Under the pieces are notes generated by a model. It was not told the DNA's origin. It saw only the letters and a program-made list of their open reading frames with translations, and did not search any database. Shown here in pieces: positions 26,135-39,680 of a DNA stretch of 64,000 nt (position 1 is the first letter of the stretch; every line of letters begins with the position of its first letter). Location of the stretch: contig NC_042998.1 in NCBI RefSeq assembly GCF_006345805.1, forward strand, positions 115,816,001 to 115,880,000, read 5' to 3'. The DNA comes from Octopus sinensis. Its lineage: Eukaryota. A program made the translations under genes and the position numbers.

Positions 26135-26734
26135 ATATGTATGTATGTATATATATATATATGTATATATATACATATATATATATTTCTTGTTTATTAT
26201 TATTTTTGGACTATACTATCCATTGTAACACAGCATTTATTTCTCTCTCCTTATTATCAATTACGAATATTACAATTGAGAGGAGTCAGCCACCAAGAGC
26301 AACCTAATTGACGTATTTCTTATAACAGAATTATACTCGCAGAAATTTGTGAGATAGTAATCATCATCGTCTACATGAATACATAAAATTGAATAGATTA
26401 GGAATAAAATGAAATAAAATGATATAATTAACTGTGAAGCAAAGTCATATGCTGAATAATTTCCTGAGACTAATATAAAGATTGTCTTGTGGTCTGGAAA
26501 AGTTCACAGAAGAAATATATTATACCCACCGGACTGAAACCTTGTGATTGTTGCAGTCTTCTTTCCAACATATATATTATTCTAATTTGCATTGTCACCC
26601 CGTTGACATTTAATCTCATGTGATACACAAACAGACAATTACACACATACTCGTACAGACAGACACACGCACATATACACAAACACATATACACATATGC
26701 AGGATGAGAGGGGGAGAGAGAGGGGGAAGAGAAT

Positions 26735-26768
<34 letters not shown>

Positions 26769-27255
26769 AAGCAATAAAAAGGGGGCTGGAGAGACAGTGA
26801 CAGATATTCAACCGACCACTCATCACTCGCCCACATAGTTGACATTCCGTTTCCTGTAACAAATGCCGTCATCAGAAACCGTTCAGACTTTTGGTTTGGC
26901 GACGCAAATTGTTGTATATATCAAAAGAATAGCTGCATCAATTCTTTCCTCATTGATGCTGATGATGGAGACTGTCATAAAAGTTAAATGAAGCAAAAGA
27001 ACAGATCCGATGAAAATATAGACAAAGTTTTTTTAAATGTTATTTCGATATTAATTGCAAATCCAGAGTTATATTCTGGCTCTAGTGCTGAGAATTTAAC
27101 ATGTGCAAGAAAATCTCAATTTTGTATTAAATTTACGCATTCAGCATCTCGTAAAAATATATAATAAATAAGAAAAAGCATGATAGTAGCTAATATATTG
27201 CAGTACATTCTCTCTTTCTATGTGTGCGTGGTGTATCTATCTATCTATCTATCTA

Positions 27256-27318
<63 letters not shown>

Positions 27319-28152
27319 AATCTATCTATCAGTCTATCAGTCTATCTGATTGTATGTCTGTCTGTCTGTCTCTGTTATATAAAAAAAAAAAAACAAACAA
27401 AAATCCTTGGGAAATACAAACTAACCAGTGTTTTCTGGCCGAAATATTAATTTATTTCGTTATTCATCAAGCTGTTAAAAACAGCAAAACAAGCCAATGT
27501 CTTGCGAATATCAAAAATTACATCAACCAACATCGAAATGCTTCATGTTGTGTCTGGTGGTTAGTCCTTAATTTCCGCTAAAAATATATTTTGCAAAATG
27601 CGAACACGAAGAAAATCTCTTACTCCTGATATTTACACATCGAACTTGATAAAGGGTGACATAAATTATTTCAGCCAGAAGACTGTGTAATTGTACTTAA
27701 CAACACATTGTTAGTGATTTTTACTATAAAAATATTTAACTATCTTAACTGATCTTAACTATATGATGAAAATTATACCACACATTATGACGGACTCTCC
27801 CGTCGGTTTCGACGTATGAGGATCCGACAGCCTACACTTACATTGTCAGTCATAATGCTTATGTCGAATGTGATATTTGAGTCCCGCCAACGATTTACAA
27901 AGAAGCCCGCAAATGTTGCAAATAGGAGAATTTCGGGTCAGTGCAGGCTGTATATTTGTAACCGCTTTTCTCCTTTGCTTTACACCCGTACTATTATATT
28001 ATCTGAAGAGGTATATTTTTAAAAACGCCATGTTCAAGTATCATAGTAGCACGAAACTATTAGTAACTCTTTTGGTTGTGTGTTTAAATTGATATTATCT
28101 CTCAATGGATGGAGTGCTTTTTGTTGATTTTACCTCTGTCGGATCTTTAAAC

Positions 28153-28237
<85 letters not shown>

Positions 28238-28499
28238 TTATTTGTCTGTCTGTCTGTCTGTCTAATCTCACTGGACGGACGCTAGTCAAATGGGCTCCAC
28301 GTATGTTGGCTATTTTTGAATGTTTAAAAGTTTTTATTGTCAACTATTTTATGTTTAAAAGTTATCCAACAACATTCACTTCAAAATTTGATTAATATTT
28401 AGATAGGAATTCGCCCCTCGTGTGGGCGAAATTTCCAAAATTTTGAAGGCTTTCATGGATTCATTTTAGCCATCTTTCATTTCGAAATTGGCGACTGGA

Positions 28500-29330
28500 A
28501 ACCACGTGGCCAGCACGCAAATCATGCGGAACGCTAGCGCGGCCCTGAAAACAGCTGATGAAAACTTACCTCGCTTACTGTTACCATTAACTGCTGAACC
28601 TGACAGCTTGAATGCCGCTGTCATCACCACCACCACCACCACCACCACCACCAACTAATACAACAACTTCTGCTGCTACAATTACCTCCCCTGTCACCGA
28701 CACCACCACCACCACACCACCACCACCACCATCTTGAAGGACAAAACAAATTTTGCTGAAATGATAAAACAAAAAAGAACCGTAGTCAAATTCACTGCGC
28801 AACAAATACATTACACGAAAGCTCTCCTTAGCAAAGAAAAAAATCCCCAAAAGCATCCTAGAAAACACGCAAAAAAAAGAACGATCATCTATAAAATTAT
28901 CAACACGAAAACAAAAAGACCAGAGCACCACAACAAAAGATAGAAAAATGCCTTCGCCCTGTTTGGTCACACAAGGAATACATGAACTGCTGGCACAATA
29001 CGGCACAGTCCAAGTCTGATTCCAGGACGAACATACGGCAAAACATTTCTCAACACTGACTCTCAGTGATGATACCATCATATCTAGGCCAGAGAGTGAA
29101 AAAAGTCACAATAAAAATTTGCCTCCGGAAATCGAGACACAATGGCCATCTGCCATCTGTTTCGAGATGGAGAAAACATCCTAGAAATTGCTGTTTTAGA
29201 AAAACAAAATTGGGTCGGAAAGACACTTAAGATCCTTCTGCAGATTGATCAGCCATCAATTAATAAAATACCCACCTCCATAGAATTAACAGAAGGCTAC
29301 AGCTGTATGTAGTGGTGGAGGGCACCATGA
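28500..29330 (+). mobile_element. Decayed LINE ORF1-like region (L1/Tx1-like by inference)
   Basis: Thr-rich N-terminal stretch, then across frameshifts KRTIIYKIINTKTKRPEH..KIEKCLRP, QYGTVQV*FQDEHTAKHF and NLPPEIETQW. These are homologous to the fragment at 51126-51510. Confidence 0.55.
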
Positions 29331-29479
29331 CTACCACAAAGAAAAAACAAGAACAATCACCACCACTACAACTAAAGAAACAAACAAAAAAAGAAAATAC
29401 AAAGACTGATTCCCCCTCCCTATGTCACATACGAACAATCATATTTATATGTATATATATATATGTAGAGAGAGAGAGA

Positions 29480-30060
29480 GAGATAAGACTAAAATTAAGG
29501 AGAATCAATGGGTCGATTAAATTGACTCCAGTACATATGTGCTAGCTAAAGTTATTTGCCTTGAAAGAATGAATAATGATGTTGAAATCAGCGGAATTTG
29601 AACTCAGTCGTAAAGAGGAAGGACTAATACGTAATGCATTTTCTCTACCTCTTTTAGGGATTCTGTTGTAAACATATTGACACAATGTCTGAAATACGGA
29701 GGAGGGTCTTAATAGACAACAACGACTGCAGTTCTTGCATAGTACTTTATTTTATCGATCTCGGAGGGATGATCAGTAAAGCTGATTTCGGTTGCTTTGT
29801 GCTCAGAATGTATAGAGTCACAACAAACGCCAAGATGTATTTTCTTCGAAAATGTAATGATTCTGTTCTATTAAAGGTTTCAAAATTTGGTACAAATGCA
29901 ACAGTTTTAAGGAGAGTGGTTCCGTCAATTACACATACCCAACTGAAAAGGAAGTTTGATCTAGGTTGAATTTGAACTCAGGACGTATAACTGTAGAAGA
30001 AATAGCGCCAAGCAGTTTGTCCGTCATGCTAACGAGTTTGCCAGCTTGCCGCCTTTTTCT
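29480..30060 (-). mobile_element. Two decayed SINE family B copies
   Basis: Reverse complements of CTGAGTTCAAATTC and GGCGGCAAGCTGGCA...GTTAGCA head motifs. Confidence 0.65.
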
Positions 30061-30929
30061 GTTCTAATTCTGTACTACTACTAAATAAAAAAAAAAAAAA
30101 AACCGCCGCTATTGTTGGTTAGGAATAAGGTAGATTTGATCGAGCATACCTATGATCTGAAGTATTTTTGGCGTGCCCCAGCATCGTTTCAGATCAATAG
30201 TCAGCTCATAAAATATATGTGGATGGGCTGTGGAGTGCAAAAATATTTAATTTAAGACATTTTAAAATCCATACACATGGTCGATCGTCTTGAAAACTGC
30301 AATTCATAATTTTATTTGCACGCAAGTACATTTAATAAAACAAGGTAAGCAAATAATTTTTATTTCATATTTACAATTAATATCTTCAGCACATATTTTT
30401 TTTAAGTCACCAACTTACGACGCAATGTGTGCCAGTAATAACTTTATTTAATAATCAGTGTGCTACAAGTAAAAAAAAGCAAACGAAAAGACAAAACTGT
30501 CACACTATTTTAGCAATATCTTGGACTACGTTAAGGTAATGTGTTCTATTTTTATGGAGTAATGTGTAGTGTAGTATAATGGAAAGAAAGATTTAGTTAG
30601 TCATTCCAACAGATTTATATACTGTGTAAAAGCTCCTACAGTAGGTGAGAAAAATATTTAGGAAAACATAATCTTGAGACTATGATAAGGTATGAATGAG
30701 TTAGGTGCATATATTGGAAATTATATTCCACAGAAACAATATCTGACATTAAATAACTCCCACTTTCTCATTATATATGCACGCTAATGTTGATTTTACT
30801 TGTAAAGAAATTCATACAATATATTCTAGTTCTGTTAAACCGACTATCCATTTCTCCACTATAAATCTTTGGACAGATGTCAAAATGTTCAGTATTTGAA
30901 GATTGCGTTATTTAGTTGTGTCTTTTCAA

Positions 30930-31640
30930 TGTTCGAATCCTGTCAAGTTCTATTTTGACTTCCAATTTCCAGGAGTCGACAAAATAATCTAGTTGTCAAG
31001 TACTGGAGATATTAGACAATGAGCTAATAAGGCGGTGAGCCGGTAGAATTGTTAGTACGCTGGGTAAAATGTTTAACGGTATTTTGTTCTTCTTCACGTC
31101 CTGAGTTCAAATTCCGAATTTGTCTCTTATTCTTTCGGATTCCATAACATAAGTACCAGTTGAGTACTGGGTCGATGTAACTGACTTGTGCCATTCCTCG
31201 AAAATGCTGACCTTGTGCCAAAATTTGTACCAATGTAATAAGCTGTTCTTCCCCAATGAATGAGAGCCTTTATTTATACGTCACATTTTTGTCCGGCGTT
31301 AGCATGCTGGGCATAATGCTTTGCGGCCTTTCGTCCGTCTTTACGTTCTGAGTTCAAATTAGGCTGAGGTCGACCTTGTTATTCATCCTCTCGGAGATCA
31401 CTATAATAAGTACCAGATGAGTATCGACATACTCACTTCCCCGAAATTGCGGGTCTTGTGCCAAAATTTGAAACAAATATTAAGGCTAGACAAAATGCTT
31501 AGCAGCATTTCTTCCCAACTTGTGTTCTGAGTTCAACTTGGCTTTCTTTCGGGGTTGATAAAATAAGTACCAGCTGCAAATTGAGGTCGATGTAATCGAG
31601 TCACACCTCTCACAAAATTTCAGGCATTTTGCTTGTAGCA
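30930..31640 (+). mobile_element. Cluster of SINE family B copies
   Basis: Repeated AAGGCGGTGAGC.GG.AGAA, CTGAGTTCAAATT, GAGGTCGAC..., AAGTACCAG and TTGTGCCAAAATTTG motifs. Confidence 0.8.
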
Positions 31641-32908
31641 AAAACAAAAAATATTTACCAGGTAGATGAAATGATGGAAGACAGAGTGCCCAATATGGAG
31701 AAAGATTTCCCTGTCTTGACAACGTCCACCGAGACCTATGTACTACTTTTAGCAGATCAAGCTTTATAATTACTTTGTGATTTACAGCAAAGGATATGGA
31801 TACTTGTTGGTTTCGACGATGAATATTCCTTTGCTTGATCATTGATTTAGTGTGTAAGTGGATGAGTATTCCGCTGACAAATGCATCATTAGTACAATTC
31901 TGAGACAGAATCAATAAGATACTATGTATACAAGACTGCTTATTTGAATTAGAAGTAGAATCCTTCTCAAGGGATTCCATTCAGTTTCCGTCTAGCAAGC
32001 TTCACTTGCAATCTCACACACAAAGCTTGGGCCAATCCGAGGCAACGGCAAAATACATTGTGCAAGAAATTATGCAATGAAATGGAGCTCGGTACCTCGT
32101 AATCGCGAAGGAAATTTTTAACCATTTCGCCTTGCTGCATCCACGGCATGAGAGCGTCTTTAGTTATAATTAATGCCATTTAAATTCTGAGTTCAAATCT
32201 CACCGAAATAGCTTGCTTTTATGTTTTAGACCGAAATAATTACCAATAGTGAACCAAATAATAAATTCAATCTAATTCAACCAACTCTACCACCTTCTCT
32301 ATACATCTATGAAGTTATTCCAAAAAAGTGAAATCAATATTTTCAGATATTTTTATGATAATATCGTGTAATTATCACAGAAATTAATCCCAGCAAATTC
32401 ATCACGTACTGATAGAAAAGCGAAACACACTAATTACAATATTTCCCGAAATAGAATTCTTCAGTTTTATAAATAATTAATACTACAATAAAATTTCCAT
32501 TTCCTTTGCTATGAAATCCACAGATTAAATGAAATCCAAACTAATCTTCCTGAATTTTTAAAATTCATTTATCTTGTCTTCATCTCATTGACATTCATAC
32601 ACACGTGTGTATACATGCACACACAATTATACACTTGTATACAGACACACAATATATACATAACTGCATACACAAACATAGTAATAGACTCACCCATACA
32701 CTACGCATTCAAACTTAGATCGACACATAATCACATATAGGTCACATTGTTACACATACATATTTCTGCATACACTGACTCACACAAACATAGACACGCA
32801 CACACATGAACATTCAAGTTAATCTCTTACACACACAGTTCCATACACAAACGAACACTGTCACATGCACAACACACAGACTAATGTCCTCTCCAATACA
32901 CAGTTCTC

Positions 32909-32947
<39 letters not shown>

Positions 32948-34053
32948 CATACACACGTACAAACACACTAGATCACAGTTGGATAACCCCATAGTAAAGA
33001 AGTTCACCACGCGCTCATTAGATTTCATGTTCGATTTTGCTGTCCGCTGCTCTGTACTAAGTACACATTTCTAACATTGCTTCAGTTTGCTGGAAACCTC
33101 GTGAATGAAACTAAGTTCACCGAAACAGTGTACGAGATTCTTCGATGAACATTATTTGTTCTTGAACTGTTGTGAAGTTCAATATCATCTCTGCACATTG
33201 CCGTCATAATATAACAGAATCATTGGGCTCTTGTTCGAGGCTGCCACTATGTCTTAGAGCCCAGTGAAGATATCTGCTATGGCTTGCTGTCAATGCATAG
33301 CTATTGGCTCTAAAGTATTGATTTACAAATGGGTTTATAATGCTGTTCAGACGCATTTAAAAACCGAATATAAATTACAATAAAATTATTCAAAAAAATA
33401 TTAGAAAAGATATGTATATAACTTACTTGTTATTAGTCCGTGGAGAAAGAAGATATTTCTAATCAACGCTACACGTGTTTCTGCGCTAGTGGGGAGTTTA
33501 TAAAGGCTATACCTAATACATAAATCCACCAGTGCGTCCTCAGGCTATTTATCTTATTGTTATTATTATTAACGGATGAAAGTCAAAACTACATAAGTCA
33601 TATTAAGTAGAAAAATAAGAATATGAATACAAATATAATAAAAGAAAAATATAATAAAAATATATGAATTACAAATATATTTTTAAAATATAAAAAAAAT
33701 AAAAATTCAAATGGCGGGAAGAAATTTAACAAGATCTGACATATATTTATAGCTCATACTTAGATATATAAACACATATATATGTGCATAGTAGTCACTG
33801 TTAAACACAAACGCATACACAGATATTTTAACACCATTAGAAAGAAATTAATCGACGTGTGCGTATGTGTGTATATACAGCGTAAGAATTAGGCACTCAT
33901 TCACATATAAGAACATATTCATATATACACATGCATATCTATACATGCATACGCGCATAATATCACATGAATTTATACACACAAATAATTAAGTATACAT
34001 AAAGCTAGATTAGAAACATTTAGCACTATAAAGATATATCAGCAAATATCTAA

Positions 34054-34127
<74 letters not shown>

Positions 34128-34287
34128 TATATATATAGATATATATATATATATATATATGTATGTATATATATATATGTATATATATATATGTATGTAT
34201 ATATATATATGTATATATATATACACACACACACATATTTATATATATATATATATATATACATGCATATACATACATATATATATA

Positions 34288-34445
34288 CTTTATTTAAAGC
34301 AGCAGAAAATTCAACAAAATCTGTTACTCTGAGTTTCTCGTTGCCGTTCATCAGACAGTTTTTGCTAGCAAAAACTGTCTGATGAACGGCAACGAGAAAC
34401 TCAGAGTAACAGATTTTGTTGAATTTTCTGCTGCTTTAAATAAAG
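34288..34445. repeat. Perfect 158-bp palindrome with hammerhead-like motifs in both arms
   Basis: Arms are exact reverse complements around the centre GCT|AGC (34366/34367), with no spacer. Confidence 0.95.
34375..34412 (+). ncRNA. Minimal type-I hammerhead candidate (mirror copy on minus strand at 34321-34358)
   Basis: CUGU-CUGAUGA-A-CG(GCAA)CG-A-GAAA-CUCAGAG-UA|ACAG. It has a 4-bp stem I, a canonical core, a short stem II closed by a GNRA loop but with an A.A mismatch at 10.1/11.1, a palindromic stem III and a GUA triplet. Confidence 0.55.
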
Positions 34446-34514
34446 CATATTACTCTACCACTGGTATTTGAGTACTCTTTTTTCCACCTTGTTTCACATG
34501 TATGTGTATACTCC

Positions 34515-34558
<44 letters not shown>

Positions 34559-34659
34559 ATATATATATACACACACATATATATATACATATATATACAT
34601 ATATACTTACATATATATACATATATATATACATACATATATATACATATATATACATA

Positions 34660-34710
<51 letters not shown>

Positions 34711-35303
34711 TATATAATATAGTCTAGTGCAATAAATAATATATATATATATATTTATTTATATATGTGTGTGTGTGTTTCTATGTGTGTGCACACATTT
34801 ACCTACGTATACATTTACATGTATACTCATACATATTATTATAGACACGCACACATAATTACAATAAATAATTACAACTTGCAGAAACATACGCCTGCAC
34901 ACAACCATATTACATGGCATAAATGCTAACAGGAGTAGGCATAGAAACAACCAGGAACACACACATACACACACACAACACGTATGGGGAGCTTGTAGAA
35001 CACACACACAAAAATGTGTGGGGGAGCTTATAGAACACGCACGCATACACATACATAGCGCTGCTGAACACCGAATGATAGCAGAACACGTTTGCATACA
35101 TAGAGAGACACTCACAATATAGTCATACAAATTACAACGAAGACACTCACACACAAGCAGCACATACACACACATGCAGTTACGCGCTAACTCACATACA
35201 CCGAACTACGGATACTATCACACAGACAAATATTTGTCTGAATATAAAAGCGCACAGTTACTTAAGCACGCATTCACATATCTCACACTCTCTCACACAC
35301 ACA

Positions 35304-35348
<45 letters not shown>

Positions 35349-36218
35349 CGCACACATACACGCACGCACGCATACTGTCACTCATACTCACACATACACA
35401 AGTACACACGTGTACACACACAACAGCCATCATACATCTAAAAGACACACACGCATATATATATGTATATATATATATATATATATACATACACACACAG
35501 AATTACATACATGCACACACACAGGCACGAACACGTACACACACACACACACACACATACCAAGAAAAATAAACACACGCAACATACACACGCACACACA
35601 CACGCCCACACATACAAACAAATACAAATAAATACACGCAACACACACGCATACACACACACACACACAAACGAATAAATCAACTTCCATACTGACTTAT
35701 TTTTCACGCTTTCATTTCTCTCTCTCTCTCTCTCCCTCCCTCTCTCTCCCTGTTTACTCCAAAGCTTTATTTCACCTCACCTATTATACTTCACCTTTAA
35801 TCCCCACTGTCACATTTGTGCAAATCTCCCCATTTAATATTCTTCATGTGTTTTTCTCTGTTTATATTCTTACCTCATTTAGAATTTTTTTTTTTCATCA
35901 TAAAATATTTTCTCTCTTTGCTTTTAAACATTTAAAATTAAAAAAAATTCTATATTTTCTCCGAGTTCTACTTGTAATCTTAATTGTCAGTTTTGGCACA
36001 CAAAAACTGTGTCGTTGTGTTTGTTTCATCAGTCTCAAATGTATTAAATAAAACTGGTGGATCGTCATACTGCTAGAAATAGCAGTCGGATATCTCCTTA
36101 ATAGAAAAGAAATTGACATGTTGCTTAATGAAGTAATAGATGGAGTATGCCAGGGAGAAGAGAGAAAGAAGCAAAGAGACGGAGAGTGAGAGAGAAAGAG
36201 AGGGAGAGAGAGAGAGAG

Positions 36219-36255
<37 letters not shown>

Positions 36256-36427
36256 CAAGGTTCGAAGCAGTTTATTATTAGGTTAGCTCATCATCATCAT
36301 CATCATCACCATCATCAGTAAGACAATAAATGTCTCCAATGTGAAAAAATATTGTAGCTTAATGTCTCCCTAATCTTTTCCCCACTTTCACTAAGCGAGA
36401 TGAGCAAAAAAAAAACAAAATCCACTT

Positions 36428-36540
36428 GGCGCAAGCGTGGCTGTGTGGTAACAAGTTTATTTTCTTACAAGATGTTTCCGGGTTCAATTCTGCTGCATGG
36501 CACCTTGGATCTGGTACCCGGAAACTGAGAAGACCGCCAT
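36428..36540 (+). mobile_element. SINE family A head (internally deleted)
   Basis: GCGTGGCTGTGTGGTAA...GGGTTCAATTC...GGCACCTTGG...GGAAACTGAGAAG. Confidence 0.7.
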
Positions 36541-36603
36541 ATATATGTATATATTATATATATATAATATATAATATATATATATCTCCTATATATGTAT
36601 ATA

Positions 36604-36640
<37 letters not shown>

Positions 36641-36926
36641 TCTCCTATATATGTATATATATATATATATTATATATATATATTTTTACTCTCTCCTATA
36701 TATGTATATATATATATATATAATATATATATTATATTTCTCCTATATATGTATAATATATATTATATATATATATATATTTCTCCTATATATGTATATA
36801 TATAGATTATATATATATATATATATATATTTCTCCTATATATGTATATATTATATATTATATATATATTATATTTCTCCTATATATGTATATTATATAT
36901 ATATATATATATATAGATATATTTCT

Positions 36927-36969
<43 letters not shown>

Positions 36970-36974
36970 CTCTA

Positions 36975-37015
<41 letters not shown>

Positions 37016-37110
37016 CTCCTATATATGTTATAATATATATATATATAATATATATATTATATATATATATATATATTTCTCCTATATATTATATATATAT
37101 ATTATGCTGC

Positions 37111-37160
<50 letters not shown>
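36540..37160. repeat. Minisatellite: TTCTCCTATATATGTAT anchor separated by variable (TA)n
   Basis: About 11 anchor copies at roughly 45-60 bp spacing, plus one further copy at ~37843. Confidence 0.9.
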
Positions 37161-37166
<6 letters not shown>

Positions 37167-37804
37167 TCAATATAGGGTGGCAAAAAATTTTGTAGAATTT
37201 TTTTGCCACCAGCGGCTAGTGGGAAAAAATTAAATAGTCATAGACCATTTTTAAGTTCAACATCACAATCAAGGAACGGCCATAATAGGCCATTCACCCA
37301 CTAGAAATAACAGCCAAAGCTTCAACCGCAAAATAACATTAATTCCGTGAACCAGGAGAAAATTAAAAAAAACATTTACCCTGTAATTTCTTATACGATG
37401 CACCGTTTCATCTACTGTTTAATGGTAAACTAACCTGATTAAATTAAATCAAGCCAATCTTCCATAGGCCCTTAGATTCGTCAGTAAGAAATAGCCAGAT
37501 CGGAACAGATATTTTCACGAGGCATTTCTGTCCCTGCCTCGGCAATATCTGACCTAAAATTTTCAAATCATCGCACTCGCCAAATTTATCGGCAGCAAAT
37601 AAATATAAGCCGCCGATTCCATTACGGAATTAACCAGAAAATTCATAATTAATCAATGTAGGGTGGCAAAAAATTTTGTAGAATTTTTTTGCCACCCTGG
37701 TTTTTTTTGCTCCTGGTTTACGGAATTAATGTTATTTTGCGGTTGAAGCTTTGGCTGTTATTTCTAGTGGGTGAATGGCCTATTATGGCCGTTCCTTGAT
37801 TGTG

Positions 37805-37806
<2 letters not shown>
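37161..37806. repeat. Interleaved direct- and inverted-repeat structure
   Basis: ~100-bp inverted repeats at 37262-37360 and ~37706-37806. A ~50-bp direct repeat at 37161-37210 and 37647-37697 is itself a hairpin (GGTGGCAAAAAATT...AATTTTTTGCCACC). Confidence 0.85.
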
Positions 37807-37837
<31 letters not shown>

Positions 37838-38382
37838 ATATATTTCTCCTATATATATATAGTGTAATAAATAAAATATATGCATACATACAACAATATG
37901 TACGTACCGACATCTACATGTATATATACATGCATATATAATATATATATACGTACAGGACACCACAAGAAGACGTAAAAATCAACAGAAACGAAAACGG
38001 AAAAGCCATTTGTTACAACAGAAGGACAGAGACGTGGAACAAGACGAAACAAAAACGGGAAAAACAATTATGTGCAGCAGAAAAACGAAGTACAGGACAT
38101 GCTGCACAAGGAAAAATCCCCTTCATCAGCTGTCGCTAGCAGACACGTGTTTTGAAGGCAAGACAGAACAGACACGCACACACGCACACACATATGTTAA
38201 CCCCGACTCAATATTTTTTTGTCTCTCTCCATTCTTTTCATCTTATTCCTCTCTATCAAAAAGAGGATGAGTACAAAATTTCCAAGATGTTTCTATTTTC
38301 CCGAGAGGTAAACTTATACACCTGCATGTTGTTCCCTCGCCTGTCTCTGTCATTTGTTTTCTGTACATTCAACTATACATAT

Positions 38383-38757
38383 TTATCTCACCCCCATTAA
38401 AAAATTGAGTTATCAAAACCCCGCCTCCCGTTTTATGAGAAATATCGGTATTTTGGGTTATCTCTCTCAACTAAAAAGAATGTTTAACCCTCAATAAAAG
38501 AATTTTTTCTTTTAATTAAAAATTTTTTTTTTTAAATGCAAAGATGAAACATCGTATTGGGTCTTGTAATATTTTTAGGACAAATCATACAAAACTGAAG
38601 AAATTAAACATCATATTGAATTTGATAAAAGTTTTGTAACAAATTATACCATGCCTAATTGAGGAGATCAAACGTCATTAATATGTTGAAGTATTGAACC
38701 AAAAGGATCTAACTCTTTTGAAACCACATAAACTCAATTTTTTAGTGGGGAGATAAT
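38383..38757. mobile_element. Possible old MITE
   Basis: Imperfect terminal inverted repeats TTATCTCACCCCCATTAAAAAATTGAGTT / AACTCAATTTTTTAGTGGGGAGATAA. Confidence 0.4.
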
Positions 38758-39379
38758 CCAATTTTTTAATGGCAATTTGAAAAAATTTTTTAATGTATGC
38801 ATATATGTATGCATGTATGTATGTATGTATGTATGTATGTATGTATGTATGTATGTATGTGTGTGTGTGTATGTATGTATGTATGTATGTATGTATGTAT
38901 GTATGTATGTGTGTAAGTATGTATGTATGCATGCATGCATGTATGTATGCATGCATGTATGTATGTACGTATGTATGTATGCACGTATGTATGTATGTAT
39001 GCATGTCTTTGCATCCGTGTTTGTCCTCCACCACCGCTTGACAACCGGTGTTGGCATGTTTATGTCACCGTAACTTAGCGCTTCCACAAAAGAAAATGAC
39101 AGAATAAGTAACAGGCTTTTAATTAAATTGTAAGTACTTGTCTCTCTTAGTTTCCTAAAACTTTCGATGAGTCTTGCTACCTTTTCAATAGTCTTGTGTC
39201 ATACAGCTAAAAATTCCTCAAGGTTCGTGCGAGATACACCCTTTCCACTAAACTGACCAGCTCCTCGCCTACTGCGTGTCCATCCTCATTTATTAAGCTT
39301 ATCTCACACACGCACACACAGCCGCAGACACTTAAACAAATTCATACACATGCGCCATGCAAGGGGGAATGAAATAATG

Positions 39380-39412
<33 letters not shown>

Positions 39413-39416
<4 letters not shown>

Positions 39417-39680
39417 GTAGACGGAAACTGAAAGAAGCCCGTCGTATATATGTATATATATGAGTGTGTGTGTGTTTGTTTTGTCTCCCTAGCATTGCTT
39501 GACAACCGATGCTGGTGTGTTTATGTCCCCGTTACTTAGCGGTTCGGCAAAATAGACCGATAGAATAAGTACTGGGCTTACAAAAGAATAAGTCCCGGGA
39601 TCGAGTTGCTCGATTAAAGGCGGTGTTTCAGCATGGCCGCAGTCAAATGACTGAAACAAGTAAAAGAGTAAAGAGTAAGA
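39413..39680 (+). mobile_element. SINE family A, 5'-truncated
   Basis: TTTGGTAGACGGAAACTGAAAGAAGCCCGTCG, microsatellite and full tail; a tail-only copy also lies at 20793-20995. Confidence 0.85.

Noticed and set aside
33420-33545. Open 40-codon minus-strand stretch ending in a GTAAGT donor
   Set aside because: Its upstream part resembles a decayed SINE B and the peptide is unrecognisable.
36540-37160. CRISPR-like repeat-spacer appearance
   Set aside because: Spacers are just variable (TA)n, the repeat is not palindromic, there are no cas genes and the context is eukaryotic.
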